DNA from: Octopus sinensis
Taxonomy: Eukaryota
NCBI RefSeq assembly: GCF_006345805.1
Contig: NW_021834813.1
Coordinates: 1-46,877, forward strand
Direction: 5' to 3'
DNA: 46,877 nucleotides
Shown: piece by piece, positions 1-12,289 of the stretch
Layout: every line of letters starts with the position of its first letter
Numbering within the stretch: the stretch's first letter is position 1
Translations under genes and position numbers: made by a program
The notes under the pieces: generated by a model
Databases searched by the model: none
What the model was told of the DNA's origin: nothing
The model's input: the letters and a program-made list of their open reading frames with translations, nothing else

Positions 1-58
1 GACGAATACCGCTAAGCATTTCGCCCAGCGTGCTAACGTTTCTGCCAGCTCACCGCCT
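1..58 (-). mobile_element. SINE 5' end (ggtgagctggcagaaacgttagc family)
   Basis: Reverse complement matches the copies at 12588 and 45830-46063. Confidence 0.75.
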
Positions 59-324
59 GTATGTATATATATATATATATATACCATCATCATGTATATA
101 TATATATACATCATCATTATAAGCATCATTGTAACGTCCACTTTTGCATGCTTGCATGGATCAGGAGGAATTCTTTAAGACAGATTTACCACTACCTGAT
201 GCTCTTCTTGTTCAGCCACAACAGTAAATATGTATCTATGAACGTTCGTGCATGCACACACATTTAGTAATCTCCAGATAACCTACCCCAATATTTTTTC
301 GAAACAACTGTATAAGTATATAAT

Positions 325-512
325 ATATATATATATATATATATCTATATATATATAGAGTGAGAGAGAGAGAGAGAGAAAGATATATATATATAGATAG
401 ATATATATAGATATAGATATATGGATATATGTATATAAATATTTATAGTTATATGGATATATATATATATAAATATATATATAGAGAAAGAGAAATAGAT
501 AGATAGATAGAT

Positions 513-551
<39 letters not shown>

Positions 552-600
552 TAGATAGATAGATAGATAGATTGATAGATTGATAGATATATAGATATAT
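325..600. repeat. Compound (TA)n/(GA)n/(GATA)n microsatellite
   Basis: Seen directly. Confidence 0.95.
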
Positions 601-994
601 TTGTGTATGTATGTATGTGAAAAGTTTTACACACTTTCATACAATGTCCTTGTATATGTATGTAGTATTTATACTGTTTTTGTATGTGTATGTATATATA
701 TTTGTATATAATAATAAGTATTCCTGTGTCTTGGTATGCATGTTTAATGTGTATATATATATAAGTGTACAGCACATAAAGCCACAAACAAAATATTCAT
801 AGTTAAATATAAACAAATTCATCTGCCAATATTTTTCGGCCTATTTTTTTAACAATCATTTTGATAAGAGAGCAGCCCAGCTTCAATTAGTGTTCCCAGG
901 AAACATGTTTACTTAAACAGTGCTCTTGTGTGTATGTGTGTGCGTGTACAGACACAAATTCATGCATGTACACACACACACACACACATTTGTC

Positions 995-1031
<37 letters not shown>

Positions 1032-1180
1032 GTATGTAAATATAAGAACTAGTGTTATTTGTAAATATGGAAAGAAAAATATATTTGAAAGATTTTCCTG
1101 AGAGTTTTAGGCTATGTGTTTACTGCTTCTAATACTGATAGCTTATATGAATGAAGATGTGTGTGTGTGTGAGAGAGAGA

Positions 1181-1247
<67 letters not shown>

Positions 1248-1375
1248 GAAACACCTCAGTTTCTGTAAAATTGGATTTACAAAAACATTGCAAACTGTCG
1301 TGCCAATGATTTATACTCATTCACTTTCCTTTCTCTCTCTCTCTCTCACTTTCTCTTCTCTCTCTCTCTCTGTAA

Positions 1376-1450
<75 letters not shown>

Positions 1451-1676
1451 ATATTTATATTATATATATATATATATATATATTTACTACACTCACGGAA
1501 GGGCATCCAGCTGTAGAAATACTGCCAGATCATACTGGTGCCAGGTGTAACCTCCTGGCTTCCAGACTCCAGTCGAACCATCTAACCCATGGTAGCATGG
1601 AAAACGAACATTAAACAATGATATGATGATGATGTTATATATAATATATATAATAAATATATATATAATATATATA

Positions 1677-1719
<43 letters not shown>

Positions 1720-1770
1720 ACGTATATGATATATATGTATTAAATGTATACATAAAATATATATATATAT

Positions 1771-2020
1771 AATCTAATAAATAAATAAATGGAGTTGACG
1801 AAGATGTTAATAAAATCTTTTACTTTCGACATATGTTTCGAAGACACATGGTTTTATTCAAGGAATAATTGTGTAAAAACAAATCTTCTCATCAGGAAAG
1901 AAAGAGAGCCTCTCTCAACAACAAGACATTAATAATAATTACGATGACTGCCTACATGATAAAAAATATAATTTTCCATGTTAATGGTAAACATAGGATA
2001 ATTCATTCACCTATTGAAAT
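1771..2020 (-). mobile_element. Small hammerhead-bearing element (Penelope-like pLTR or non-LTR retrozyme monomer)
   Basis: About 250 bp of complex sequence containing the ribozyme, ending in a (TTTA)n tail on the minus strand, with (TA)n on both sides. Boundaries are approximate. Confidence 0.6.
1823..1900 (-). ncRNA. Type I hammerhead ribozyme with palindromic helix III
   Basis: Minus strand reads CUUUC-CUGAUGA-GAAGA-[loop]-UCUUC-GAAA-C-AUAU-G-U-C/GAAAG. Helix I is CUUUC:GAAAG, helix II is GAAGA:UCUUC with a G10.1-C11.1 pair, helix III is ACAUAUGU, and the cleavage triplet is GUC (cut between 1828 and 1827). Confidence 0.85.
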
Positions 2021-2049
2021 ATATAATATATATATATAAATATATTGTG

Positions 2050-2370
2050 AAGCCACATGCCTTAATGGTTAGGGTGTTTCACTCACAATTGTGAGATCAT
2101 GGGTTCAATTCCCAGACCAGGCATTGCGTTGTGTCCTTGAGCAAAGCTCTGTGTTTCATGTTGCTCTACGATCATTTCGACATCTGACATGTGGCACCCA
2201 TTACACCTGTACAGGTAATGTCAATTTCATGGCAAGTATGAGCAATGGAAAGAGTGAGCTTGTGTCTGCAAAAACATTTGATTACTATAAAGAAATCATC
2301 TGGGTGGTTTTTTCGGTAAGAAATTGTCAAACCTTCATACGTCGTCTGATGACAAGAGAGTCCATTATAT
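2050..2370 (+). mobile_element. Diverged tRNA-headed SINE
   Basis: ccttaatggttagggtg...gggttcaattccc head followed by gtgtccttgagcaa, a segment shared with the other SINE families. Confidence 0.6.
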
Positions 2371-3005
2371 ATAATATATAATATATATGGCATGGCTATG
2401 TGATAATCAGTTTGCTTACCCAACCACATGGTTCTGGGTTCAGTCCCACTGCGTAGCGCCTTGAGTAAGTGTCTTTTACTAAAAGCTTGGGTCAACCAAA
2501 GCCTTGTGGGTGGATTTGGTAGATGGAAAGTAAAAGAACCTTTTGTATATATGTGCATGTTTGTGCCTGTTTGTGTCTTTATGCCTCTGTTTGTGCCTCA
2601 CAATCACTCGTCAACCAATGTTAGTGTGTTTACATCCTTGTAACTTAGCAGTTTGGCAAAAGAGAGCAACTGGGGTCAATTTAATCAACTAAAGTCTTTT
2701 AAGGCAGTGCCCCAGAATGGCCACAGTCTAATGAATGAATTGACCCCAATAATCGTTTCTTTTTAAACCCAATACTTATTCTATTGGTCTCTTTTGCCGA
2801 ACCACTATGTAAGAGGGATGTACATAAACTTGCCAATACTGACTGTCAAGCATTGGTGGGGTACAAACACAGACACAAAGGCACACAAATACACACACAC
2901 ACATGTTTATATGACTGGCTTCCTTCAGTTTCCATCTACCAAATCTACTCACAAGGCTTTTACAAAGTACATTGTCTGTTGTCTGTCTATCTATCTTTCG
3001 AGCTT

Positions 3006-3476
3006 GAGAAGACCCGGCAAGCCAAGTGAGATCCTAACCTCGTGGCCTATGCCAGGGGTGTAACCAGCCCACTTATGCATACCTTTCCTTCATTGGATAC
3101 TAAACTCTGCTTGCGAAGACCTGTTGAGGCAAATGAAATCGAAATCGAAATCAAATTCAATGACTGGCAGCCGTGCTTGTGGAGTGCTAAGAGCACCATC
3201 CGAGCGTGATCGTTGCCAGAGCAGCAAACTGGATTCTGAGTCGGTGGCACGTAAAAAGCACCACTCATACGTGATCATTACCAGTGTTGCTTGACTGGCC
3301 CTCGTGCCAGTGGCATGTAAAAGCTCCTACTACACTATTGTAGTGGTTGGCATTAGTAAGGGCATCCAGCTGTAGAAACTCTGCCAGATCAGATTGGAGC
3401 CTGGTGCAGCTATCTGATTCACCAGTCCTCAATCAAATTGTCCATGGAAAGCAGACGTTAAACGATGATGATGATG
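3006..3476 (+). mobile_element. (GAT)n-tailed retroposon, longest copy in the window
   Basis: Core agggcatccagctgtagaaa...catggaaag...gttaaacgatgatgatg. Shorter copies at 1497-1634 (+), 7221-7400 (-) and 37975-38157 (+). Confidence 0.75.
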
Positions 3477-3729
3477 TGTGTCAGCACAAGGTGCCAAACT
3501 GTGCAATGAGACTGAACCCAGAACCATGGAGTTGGGAAGCGAACTTCTTACTGCGCAGCCATACCTGACACCTATGATTAAGAAATATTTAAGTATCCTC
3601 AAGTGTTTGGGGTGTGTAGAGATTAAATAATGCACTTCTGTGAAAATCAAGTATAGTTTGTTGTTAAAGCTATTATGACTGGAAACTCTGCTTAAGTATA
3701 CACGCACAAGTATATATATATAATATATA

Positions 3730-3789
3730 TTTACCTGTTCACATATGTAAACCTATATATATATATTTGCCTGTTCACATATGTAAACG

Positions 3790-3834
<45 letters not shown>

Positions 3835-3936
3835 CCTGTTCACGTATGTAAACGTACATATATATATATATTTGCCTGTTCACATATGTAAACGTATATA
3901 TATATATATATCTTTGCCTGTTCACATATGTAAATG
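3730..3936. repeat. Five copies of a 24-bp motif separated by variable (TA)n
   Basis: tttgcctgttcacatatgtaaacg at 3730, 3766, 3831, 3871 and 3913. Confidence 0.9.
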
Positions 3937-5302
3937 TATTGTCTGAAAACTAAAATGTATTCCATCAATAGACCATTATGGTAATGTTTGTTGTGTGAGA
4001 GAATGGAAGATTTTGCCTACACAGAATTTTGTGTGTATGTTTGTTTGTATGATGTGTGGAGGTGTGGATGTTGTATATACTAATGTGTTTCTGTTGGGTT
4101 TCCATGTGTGCTTTATACACAAATGAGGTTTCTCTTTGTGCATGCATGTGTGTGTGTGTGTGTGGTGTGTGTTGTGTGTGTGTGTGTGTGAATGTATGTA
4201 CAAATAATTGATAGCACAAAGAAACTCAACAACGAAAACAACATTCTACACTCACATATACATACGTGATGTTGATATACACACATACATATATATATAT
4301 ATCACGTATATATGTGTGTGCATATGTGTGTATAGGTATGTGCATATATCTGTGTGTGTGTCTATATATATATATTTATGTATGTGTATATACATACATA
4401 CATACATGCACACAAACAAGAGTATAATAGTTAACAAAAGACAAACATATTCATGTATAATTTGTCATGGCAATTTGCCAAAGTATATAAGTTTGAATGA
4501 AAGTTTTGTTTGTGTGTATTTACAAGGCTGCCCCAGGGATAAATTGTAACAAGAAAAATAAATAAAAAGACATATATATATGTATATATATATGTATATA
4601 TATGTATATATATATATGTATATGTATATATGTATATGTATATATATATATGTGTACATATATATGTGTATATATATATGTATATATATGTATATATATA
4701 TATATGTATATATATGTATATATGCATATATATGCATATATATATATATATAAATGTGTCTGTCTGTGTGTTTGTGTATATTTGTGGGTGTTTGTGTGCG
4801 TGTGTATACATATATATGTATGCATGTATGTACACAGCCACACGCACAAAAGGAATGAAATGCTACAATAAACAAATTAGTAATAACAACACTCACTTCT
4901 TACACCTTAACACCATTAGTAGTCATACAATAACCATTGTCCCCACCTCCCCGCAACCATTACATCCCCACTGCTCAACACAGCACCACTAGCTTCAGTC
5001 TGGCACCACAACCACCACCACCACCACTACTACTAACCATATCCCACCCCCACTCACTCCACTGTCCATGCTGCCACCCCCACTGCTTCTATTCACACCC
5101 CCTCACCATCACTGTCCACACATCCAACACCAATGCTACCACTATCAACTCCTCCAAGACCATCACCTCCAACACTACCACTAATACTGTCCACATGTCT
5201 ACCACATCTATCCATGCCTCCGTTTCCACCTCTACCTGCCCCATCACCACTCCACAGTCTACACCTCTACTCCCACCCTACCTTCTTCAGCATCATCGTT
5301 AA

Positions 5303-5515
5303 CCTTTTCGTTACTGTATTTATTTTGAGATGTTCTGTGTTTCTTTCAATTACTTTAAATATAACAAAGAATTTAGCAAAATAACTTAGCTAGTGTTACG
5401 AACACAAATTGCGACTAAAGTTTGGTGGAAGATTTTAATTCAAAACTTATGAAAACAAGACATTTGTACTCAGAGCCATAGCCGGCCGGTTTCAGCCGGG
5501 TTGGTAATGAAAGTG
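5303..5515. mobile_element. TTAA-flanked piggyBac-type MITE
   Basis: TTAA at 5299-5302 and 5516-5519, with imperfect TIRs ccttttcgttac / gtaatgaaagtg. Homologous to 5650-5838 and 46225-46430. Confidence 0.75.
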
Positions 5516-5649
5516 TTAATATCACTACCACAGAGAACAACAAGAACTACAAATCTATCCATGTCTCCGTTTCCTCCCCTACCTGCCCCATCACCACTCC
5601 ACAATCTACACCTCTGCTACCTCCCTATCTTCTTCAGCACCATCGGTAA

Positions 5650-5838
5650 CCCTTTTGTAACTGTATTTATTTTGAGATGCTGTGTGTTTCTTTAAGAATT
5701 TAGCAAAATAACTTAGCTAGTGCTAGGAACATAAATTGCAACTAAAGTTTGGTGGAAGATTTTAATTTAAAACTTATGAAAACAAGACATCTGTACTCAG
5801 AGCCAGAGCCAGTTTCAGCCGGGTTGGTAATGAAAGCA
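5650..5838. mobile_element. Duplicated copy of the TTAA MITE
   Basis: Same internal sequence and same flanks as 5303-5515. The left TTAA is mutated to GTAA. Confidence 0.7.
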
Positions 5839-6094
5839 TTAATATCACTGCCACGGAGAACACCAACAACTACAAACTAGACAAAGCAACTAAATCTCCC
5901 TGAAATTACACCCTATTAGCATAGATGAAGTAGGAGTGTGTCACCCTAGTTGACTGCTATTCTGGGGTCCAATGTTTCTAGGTCTGCTGTGTAGACCTGT
6001 ATAAGCTTGGGGCAAAAAAGTTTGGTATGGCGGGGGGGGGGTAAACTCAGGGGCTGTTCCATGCAGTACGCACTCTAGCTGTGCCACAGTCATA

Positions 6095-6425
6095 CCTTAA
6101 TGTCTTAAAATATGTAAAGGGCAAAGATCTCTTTCTATCATGAATGACGATGTGATTGCATCTAGAAAGATCACATCCAGGCAAGGTTGCTTATGGAAGC
6201 CCAGCAGTTGCCCATGCTTACCAGCCTTCCGTCTCCACACCACTGATATCAACCAAGAGAAAGGCAAAGGCCGATACAGTTTGGCATCAGTGACATCACA
6301 ACTCATTTCTACAGTTGAGTGAACTGGAGCAATGTAAAATAAAGTGTCTTACTCAAGCCAGGTCCAGACATCGAATTCACAACCTCATAGTTGTAAGCCT
6401 GATGCTCTAACCACTGAGCCATGCG
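6095..6425 (-). mobile_element. SINE, same family as 8345-8680
   Basis: Reverse complement aligns with the 8345 copy (ggctcagtggttagagc head at the right end). Confidence 0.75.
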
Positions 6426-8344
6426 GGACACATTTTTATAGTCCTAGATACATTGATTCATTCATTGTTCAATGTGGTTGAACAACTAATCCCAGTAGAG
6501 ATTTACATTGTGAGAAATACTATTCAGCTTTTGATCGCTGAATATAAAACATAGCTCAAAAGACTTCTGCTTAGGTGATTTTTTTTTATGAGTCATCGTC
6601 TCACCTTTGAAAGCCAATTTATCACAATGATACCCTTTTGCAGCTGAGTTAACGAGAGCAATGTGAAAAGAAGTTGTTTGGATACATTTTGCCTGTAATG
6701 AAGGATAAAATGATCAGGGTTGCTATATGTTAAATCGCAGATCTATCTATCTATCTATCTCCACAACCTGTAAGCACAAAATGGCCAAATGTTCAAGAAG
6801 TTCATTTCACAACCCCAAGTTCCTGGGTTCGATACTGTCTTGTGGCATCTTGGGTAAATGTCATTTTCTATAAGCCTGGGGTTGGCCCATATCTTTTGGG
6901 TGAAATTGGAAACTGTTTCGTTAAGCGGATTGAATCTGTAATGCAAAAGGTAGAGCTTCACCATTCATTGTCATGCTGATTCTGACTGAATGATGTTTAC
7001 ATTATGGATCTATGGAATACTCAACCACTAACAGCAGATGAAATCATTCGATAGAACACCTGATAGAGATCCATCCACCATCACCACACAACCTCTACTA
7101 ACCTTGCATTAAACAGTAATAAAGAATCTTCAGGCAGCTTATCTATATAATATATATGTGTGTGTGTGTGTGTGGTGTGTGTGTGTGTGTGTATATGTAT
7201 GTATGTATACATATATATATCATCATCATTGCTTAATGTCTGCTTTCCATGCTAGCATGGGTTGGGCAATTTGACTGAGGACTGGTGAACCAGATGGCTG
7301 CACCAGGCTCCAATCTTACTCTGGTAGAGTTTTTACAGCTGGATGCTCTTCCTAATGCCAACCACTCTGAGAGTGTAGTGGGTGCTTTTACGTGCCACCA
7401 TAGAAATGTGTGAGGGTTAGAGACAGGAAAAGTATCCAGCTGCAAAAAAAAAAATCTTCCTCAATGAATTCTGTCTGACCAACGTAATTGTATAGAAAAG
7501 CAGACCCTAAAAACAGTGATGATGATGATGATGATGAATGATACATGCACGTGTGCATATATGTACACGCTTATGTATATCATGTATGCGTATATGTGCG
7601 TGTGTGACTGTGTGTGTATGCATGTGTATGAATATGGTAATTCCACCAATGCTGGCACTAACAAAAGTATTGAGGCTGCTGTGATATTGTTCTACTATAA
7701 TATTGTTCAGTTATCTTTCAGTGTGGGAGGGGCTCCTGTACTATCCCTCACCCTATTAGAAATAGCACCCAAATCTCCCTCGAAATCACATTTTACTCTC
7801 TTTACATAAAAGACTACATATTCATTAAAACATTATGTTTAATATAATGGCAACAAATTAAAATACTAATGATTTGAGTGTCAGATATAATTAATTGCAA
7901 TCCATTTATCAAATGAAAATGCCTGTATTGGGAATAATGTATAGGCTGTCTGATGTTTGTTAGTACAGGAACAAAATAAATGAAAAATATTTTGTGTGTG
8001 TGTGTGTGTATCTGTGGGTCTGTGTGTGCGCATGCGTGTGTGTGTGTGTGTGTGTGTGTCCTCTAAGATACAGACAGAACTGAAATCTGCCAAAGAGTTA
8101 CATATGTTGTACCAATGACTGCTTCATTTACATCAAAGAATTGAAACAATTGCAGCAGCTGATATATCTCTTTGAAATTGGTTGCGAAAACAGCAACGAC
8201 AACAATGATTGTGCTGATGATAATAATAATAATGAACTAGATGACATCTTAACAATAAGGCAAATGTACTTTTTCAAATGTACTTCAGTTTCATGGCCTA
8301 TATATTAGTCTTGTTTTGTAAAAGTCTAGTTGTGGTATTGTGAA

Positions 8345-8680
8345 GGCGCATGACTCAGTGGTTAGAGCATCAAGCTTACGATCGATCGTGAGGTTGTGAG
8401 TTCGAATCCCGGACCAGGCTGCGTGTTGTGTTCTTGAGTAAGACACTTTATTTCACGTTGCTCCAGTTCACTCAGCTGTAGAAATGAGTTGCGATGTCAC
8501 AGGTGCCAAGGTGTATTGGCCCCCTTGCCTTTCCCTTGGATAACACTGGTGGCATGGAGAGGGGAGGCTGGTATGCATGGGCGACTGCTGGTCTTCCATA
8601 AACAACCTTGCCCGGATTTGTGGCTGGGAGGGTAACTTTCTAGGCGCAATCCCATGGTCAGTCATGACCGAAGGGGGTTT
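8345..8680 (+). mobile_element. Full-length tRNA-derived SINE (second family)
   Basis: A-box tgactcagtgg and B-box gttcgaatcc followed by a non-tRNA body. Homologous copies at 6095-6425 (-) and 42222-42405 (-). Confidence 0.85.
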
Positions 8681-9085
8681 CAGCAGTTGTGGTCTTGGAA
8701 GGAATAAAACAAAACACATGTGCAATGTGTGAGCATCATGGAAAGGCTATGGGAATAGGACGAATGAAAGAGAAGTAGGATGGCTTGTTGTGATGAGGAA
8801 AAAGTGAAAGCGGATAAGAGTATCTCGGCCTCTATCAAAATCAGTCTGCTATACTGTCCTCATAGGTTTTGTCATTTCTTGCATTAGACTTCGACTGATA
8901 TTGGTGTTTTTACATCCCTGTAACTTAATGGTTCAGCAAAAGAGACTGATAGAATAAGTACTAGGCTTACAAAGAATAAATCTTGGGTGGGGTGCGATTT
9001 GTTCAGGTAAACCCCCTTAAGGTTGTGGTCTAGTATGGCTGCAGTCAAATGACTGAAACAAATTAAAAAATAAAAGAATGTGTGT

Positions 9086-9127
<42 letters not shown>

Positions 9128-9290
9128 TGTATGTGTGTGTGGCGGTTCTGGCATCCATAGGAGAGGATTCTTGCCTGTCATTGATATATGTATTATGTAT
9201 GTTTTTATGCATCATGTATCACACCCCAACAAAGCATTGACATTCAGTTGGATATAAAGATTGCTTTAAATATATATATATATATACTTT

Positions 9291-9405
9291 ATTTAGAGCA
9301 GCAGAAACTTCTACAAAACCTGTTACTCTGAGTTTCGCGTTGCCGATGAATGGCAACACGAAACTCAGAGTAACAGGTTTTGTAGAATTTTCTGCTGCTT
9401 TAAAT
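9291..9405. repeat. Long inverted repeat (54-bp arms, 7-nt loop)
   Basis: atttagagcagcagaaacttctac...gttgcc / ggcaac...gtagaattttctgctgctttaaat, with 3 mismatches. Confidence 0.9.
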
Positions 9406-9492
9406 AGAGCATATTACTTTACCACTGGTATTTGAGTACTCTTTTTTTCCACCTTGTTTCACATTTATGTGTTTACTCCGGTATATATATAT

Positions 9493-9666
9493 AAGGAAAT
9501 GAAGAAAATGCTGACAAAATAATTTAAGTAATTTAATTAGGTGAAAGTTCTTTTTACCGGTTGCGCATTTAAACATAACAAATGCGCAACCGGTAAAAAG
9601 AACCTTCACCTAATTAAATTACTTAAATTACTTAAATTATTTTGTCAGCATTTTCTTCATTTCCTT
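9493..9666. repeat. Long inverted repeat (~78-bp arms, 9-nt loop)
   Basis: aaggaaatgaagaaaatgctgac...gcgcattt / aaatgcgc...gtcagcattttcttcatttcctt. One mismatch plus a 9-bp duplication (aaattactt) in the right arm. Confidence 0.9.
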
Positions 9667-9706
9667 TTTTTATATATCACAACTGGTGTTCCACATCTCC
9701 TTTTTA

Positions 9707-9745
<39 letters not shown>

Positions 9746-10586
9746 AATATTAGGGAAGTTATTTCCAAGTCCTCAGGGGAGAAAAATTCAATTTAGCGGT
9801 ACTAAAATGAATTTCTCGCTGTATTATATACATATATATATAGATAAGTTTAAGAGACAGAACCACCTTCAAGCAACTCATTCCACATTGAATGACATTA
9901 TCTATGCTAGAGATATACAAGATTAAATTTTATCAAAATTAATATCTACAATTACTATTCTGAATCATATATTAAATTATATAGACTATGCATGTTTCAT
10001 GACAGTATATCTATCGGTATTGATGAAATAGAAGGTCTCGAAATTCAATACCATGTCAATCCAACTATACTGCCAATCTTCAGGTCTGGATTAAATATAA
10101 TGATTTTACGAGTTACATCCTATAGAAAGACATGGCAATCAAAATTATACATATATATATATATATATTATATATATATATATACACACAACAGGCTTCT
10201 TTCAATTTCTGTCTACCAAATCTACTCACAAGGCTTTGGTTGGTCCTAGGCTATAGTAGAAGATACTTGCAGTGGGACTGAACCTAAGCTATGTATATAT
10301 ATATATATGGATGGATGGATAGGTGTCACCTACCTGTTTCTTCCCTGTCATTTTCTTCTATCTTCAGTAAATCCCACTTACAACAAATTTTGGCTAAGTT
10401 TCACTTTTTTTGGGAGCATGTGTTATTGTTATTATCATTGTTTTTTTCTTTTTTTTCCTTTTGATATTTTCTTAATGCAGTTTAATGCACCATTTCAGTT
10501 ACAGTTTATCTGGCTGACAATGGAACAAGTTTTTATCATTGTTATTATTATTGTCATTATCATTATTATTATAATTATAATTATTA

Positions 10587-10641
<55 letters not shown>

Positions 10642-11126
10642 TATTAATATTATTATTATTATTATTATTATTATTTCTTTGCTTTCCTATTTTTTTTGTT
10701 ATTGCTATTTAAAACTCTTATTAAAAAAAGAGAAATTTTTTCCTTTTTTGTTTTTTTTCTAGCTTTTACTCTAAAATTATATTGTCAGTTTTATAAAGCT
10801 GGAAAAAAAAAAAGAATCCATATTGTATGTGTTTGTGGGCGTGTGTGTGTGCATGTTTTGTGCGGGCATGTGTGTTTTAATAAATTTATCTAGACAAGTA
10901 AAATCTGCGCATGTTAATTCCATTATTATAGCTTTAAGGCATAATATATATAGACACACATGTATATATGTGTGTGTGTGTGTTTGTGTATGTGTCTCTC
11001 TATGTATATGTGTGTGTAATATATATATGTATATATAATGTGTATGTATATATAATATATATATATATATATAAATATATATATAAAATTATATATATAA
11101 TATATGTATATATATATATCATATGT

Positions 11127-11185
<59 letters not shown>

Positions 11186-11216
11186 TATATACATATATAT
11201 ACATATATATATATAC

Positions 11217-11260
<44 letters not shown>

Positions 11261-11816
11261 GTGCATACACTTATACACACACACACCCACAGAAGATGGA
11301 GTGAGATGTAGAATGAAGAGAGAGGAACGGCGTGACAAATATGCAGAAAGAAATTGAAAGAAAAGAGATACAGAAAGCGAGAGAGAGAGAGAGAGAGAGA
11401 TAGAGCGGGAGACAAAGAGAGAGAGACACACAAAGAGACTGAGAGAAAAAGAGACAAGAAAAGGCAAAGAAAGTGTTTTGTGTGGAGAATAATTACATCC
11501 ATTGTTTTGAAAACTCCATTGTTTCTCCTGTGAATATATTTCTTAACAGGAATGGAGAATTAAGTCATAATCAATTTAATATTATTACGTTCATTTCATT
11601 TTCATGAAATAGAGAGAAAGAATGCAATTTCTCTGTTGTTTATTATTTTTTATTTTTGCTAGCAAGCAGTTTAATTTCTGTTTTTCACGTTAGAGTTTTA
11701 CTTCTTTTTTTTCTTTCTTTTTTTTTTGAAATTCCAAACTGAAAAATAATTGTGAGCTGTTTATATATAAACTCAGGGAAGCTGACAAGATAATGGAAAA
11801 AGAATTAATAATAATG

Positions 11817-11855
<39 letters not shown>

Positions 11856-11922
11856 TAATAATAATAATAATAATAATTATAATAATAATAATAATATAAT
11901 AATAATAATAATAATAATAATG

Positions 11923-11953
<31 letters not shown>

Positions 11954-12289
11954 TTGCAGACCAAGGTCTGAAATCTCAAGGGAGGGTGGATAGTCAATTT
12001 CGTCAACCCTAGTGCACACCTGGTACTCTTTTCAAGGACCCACCACAGCAGAATTTGAACTCAGAACGTAAAGATGGATAAAATTCCACTAAGTATTTTT
12101 GCCTGGCTCACTGCTTTAAAAGTAACAATAATAATAAGGGTTTCAAGTTTTGGTACAAGGCCAACAATTTCGGGGGGAGGGGGTTAAGTCAATCACAACA
12201 ACCCCAGTGTTCAACTGGTACTTATTTTATTGATCCCCCAAAAAGATGAAAGGCAAAATTGACTTTGGCTGAATTTGAAATGTCCTATA

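Larger units (their letters stand above)
5206..5877. repeat. Diverged 347-bp tandem duplication containing a MITE
   Basis: atctatccatg at 5206 and 5553. The MITE and both of its flanks are duplicated, with many substitutions and small deletions. Confidence 0.85.

Noticed and set aside
3010-3080. HDV-like ribozyme at the 5' end of the (GAT)n-tailed element
   Set aside because: Partial P2- and P4-like pairings exist, but P1, P3 and the J4/2 catalytic segment could not be fitted convincingly.
3730-3936. CRISPR-like repeat-spacer look
   Set aside because: The spacers are pure (TA)n, there are no cas genes, and the context is eukaryotic.
8345-8420. tRNA gene (A and B boxes present)
   Set aside because: No complete cloverleaf, and the sequence runs directly into a SINE body that is repeated elsewhere in the window.
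9755-9785. Second hammerhead on the minus strand (CUGAGGA-CUUG-GAAA)
   Set aside because: No proper helix II, helix III or helix I pairing. At most a degenerate relic.
9992-10150. ORF faintly resembling a Gypsy protease-RT linker (GIDEIEGLEIQYHVNP)
   Set aside because: Too short and weak, with no adjacent pol motifs or LTRs.
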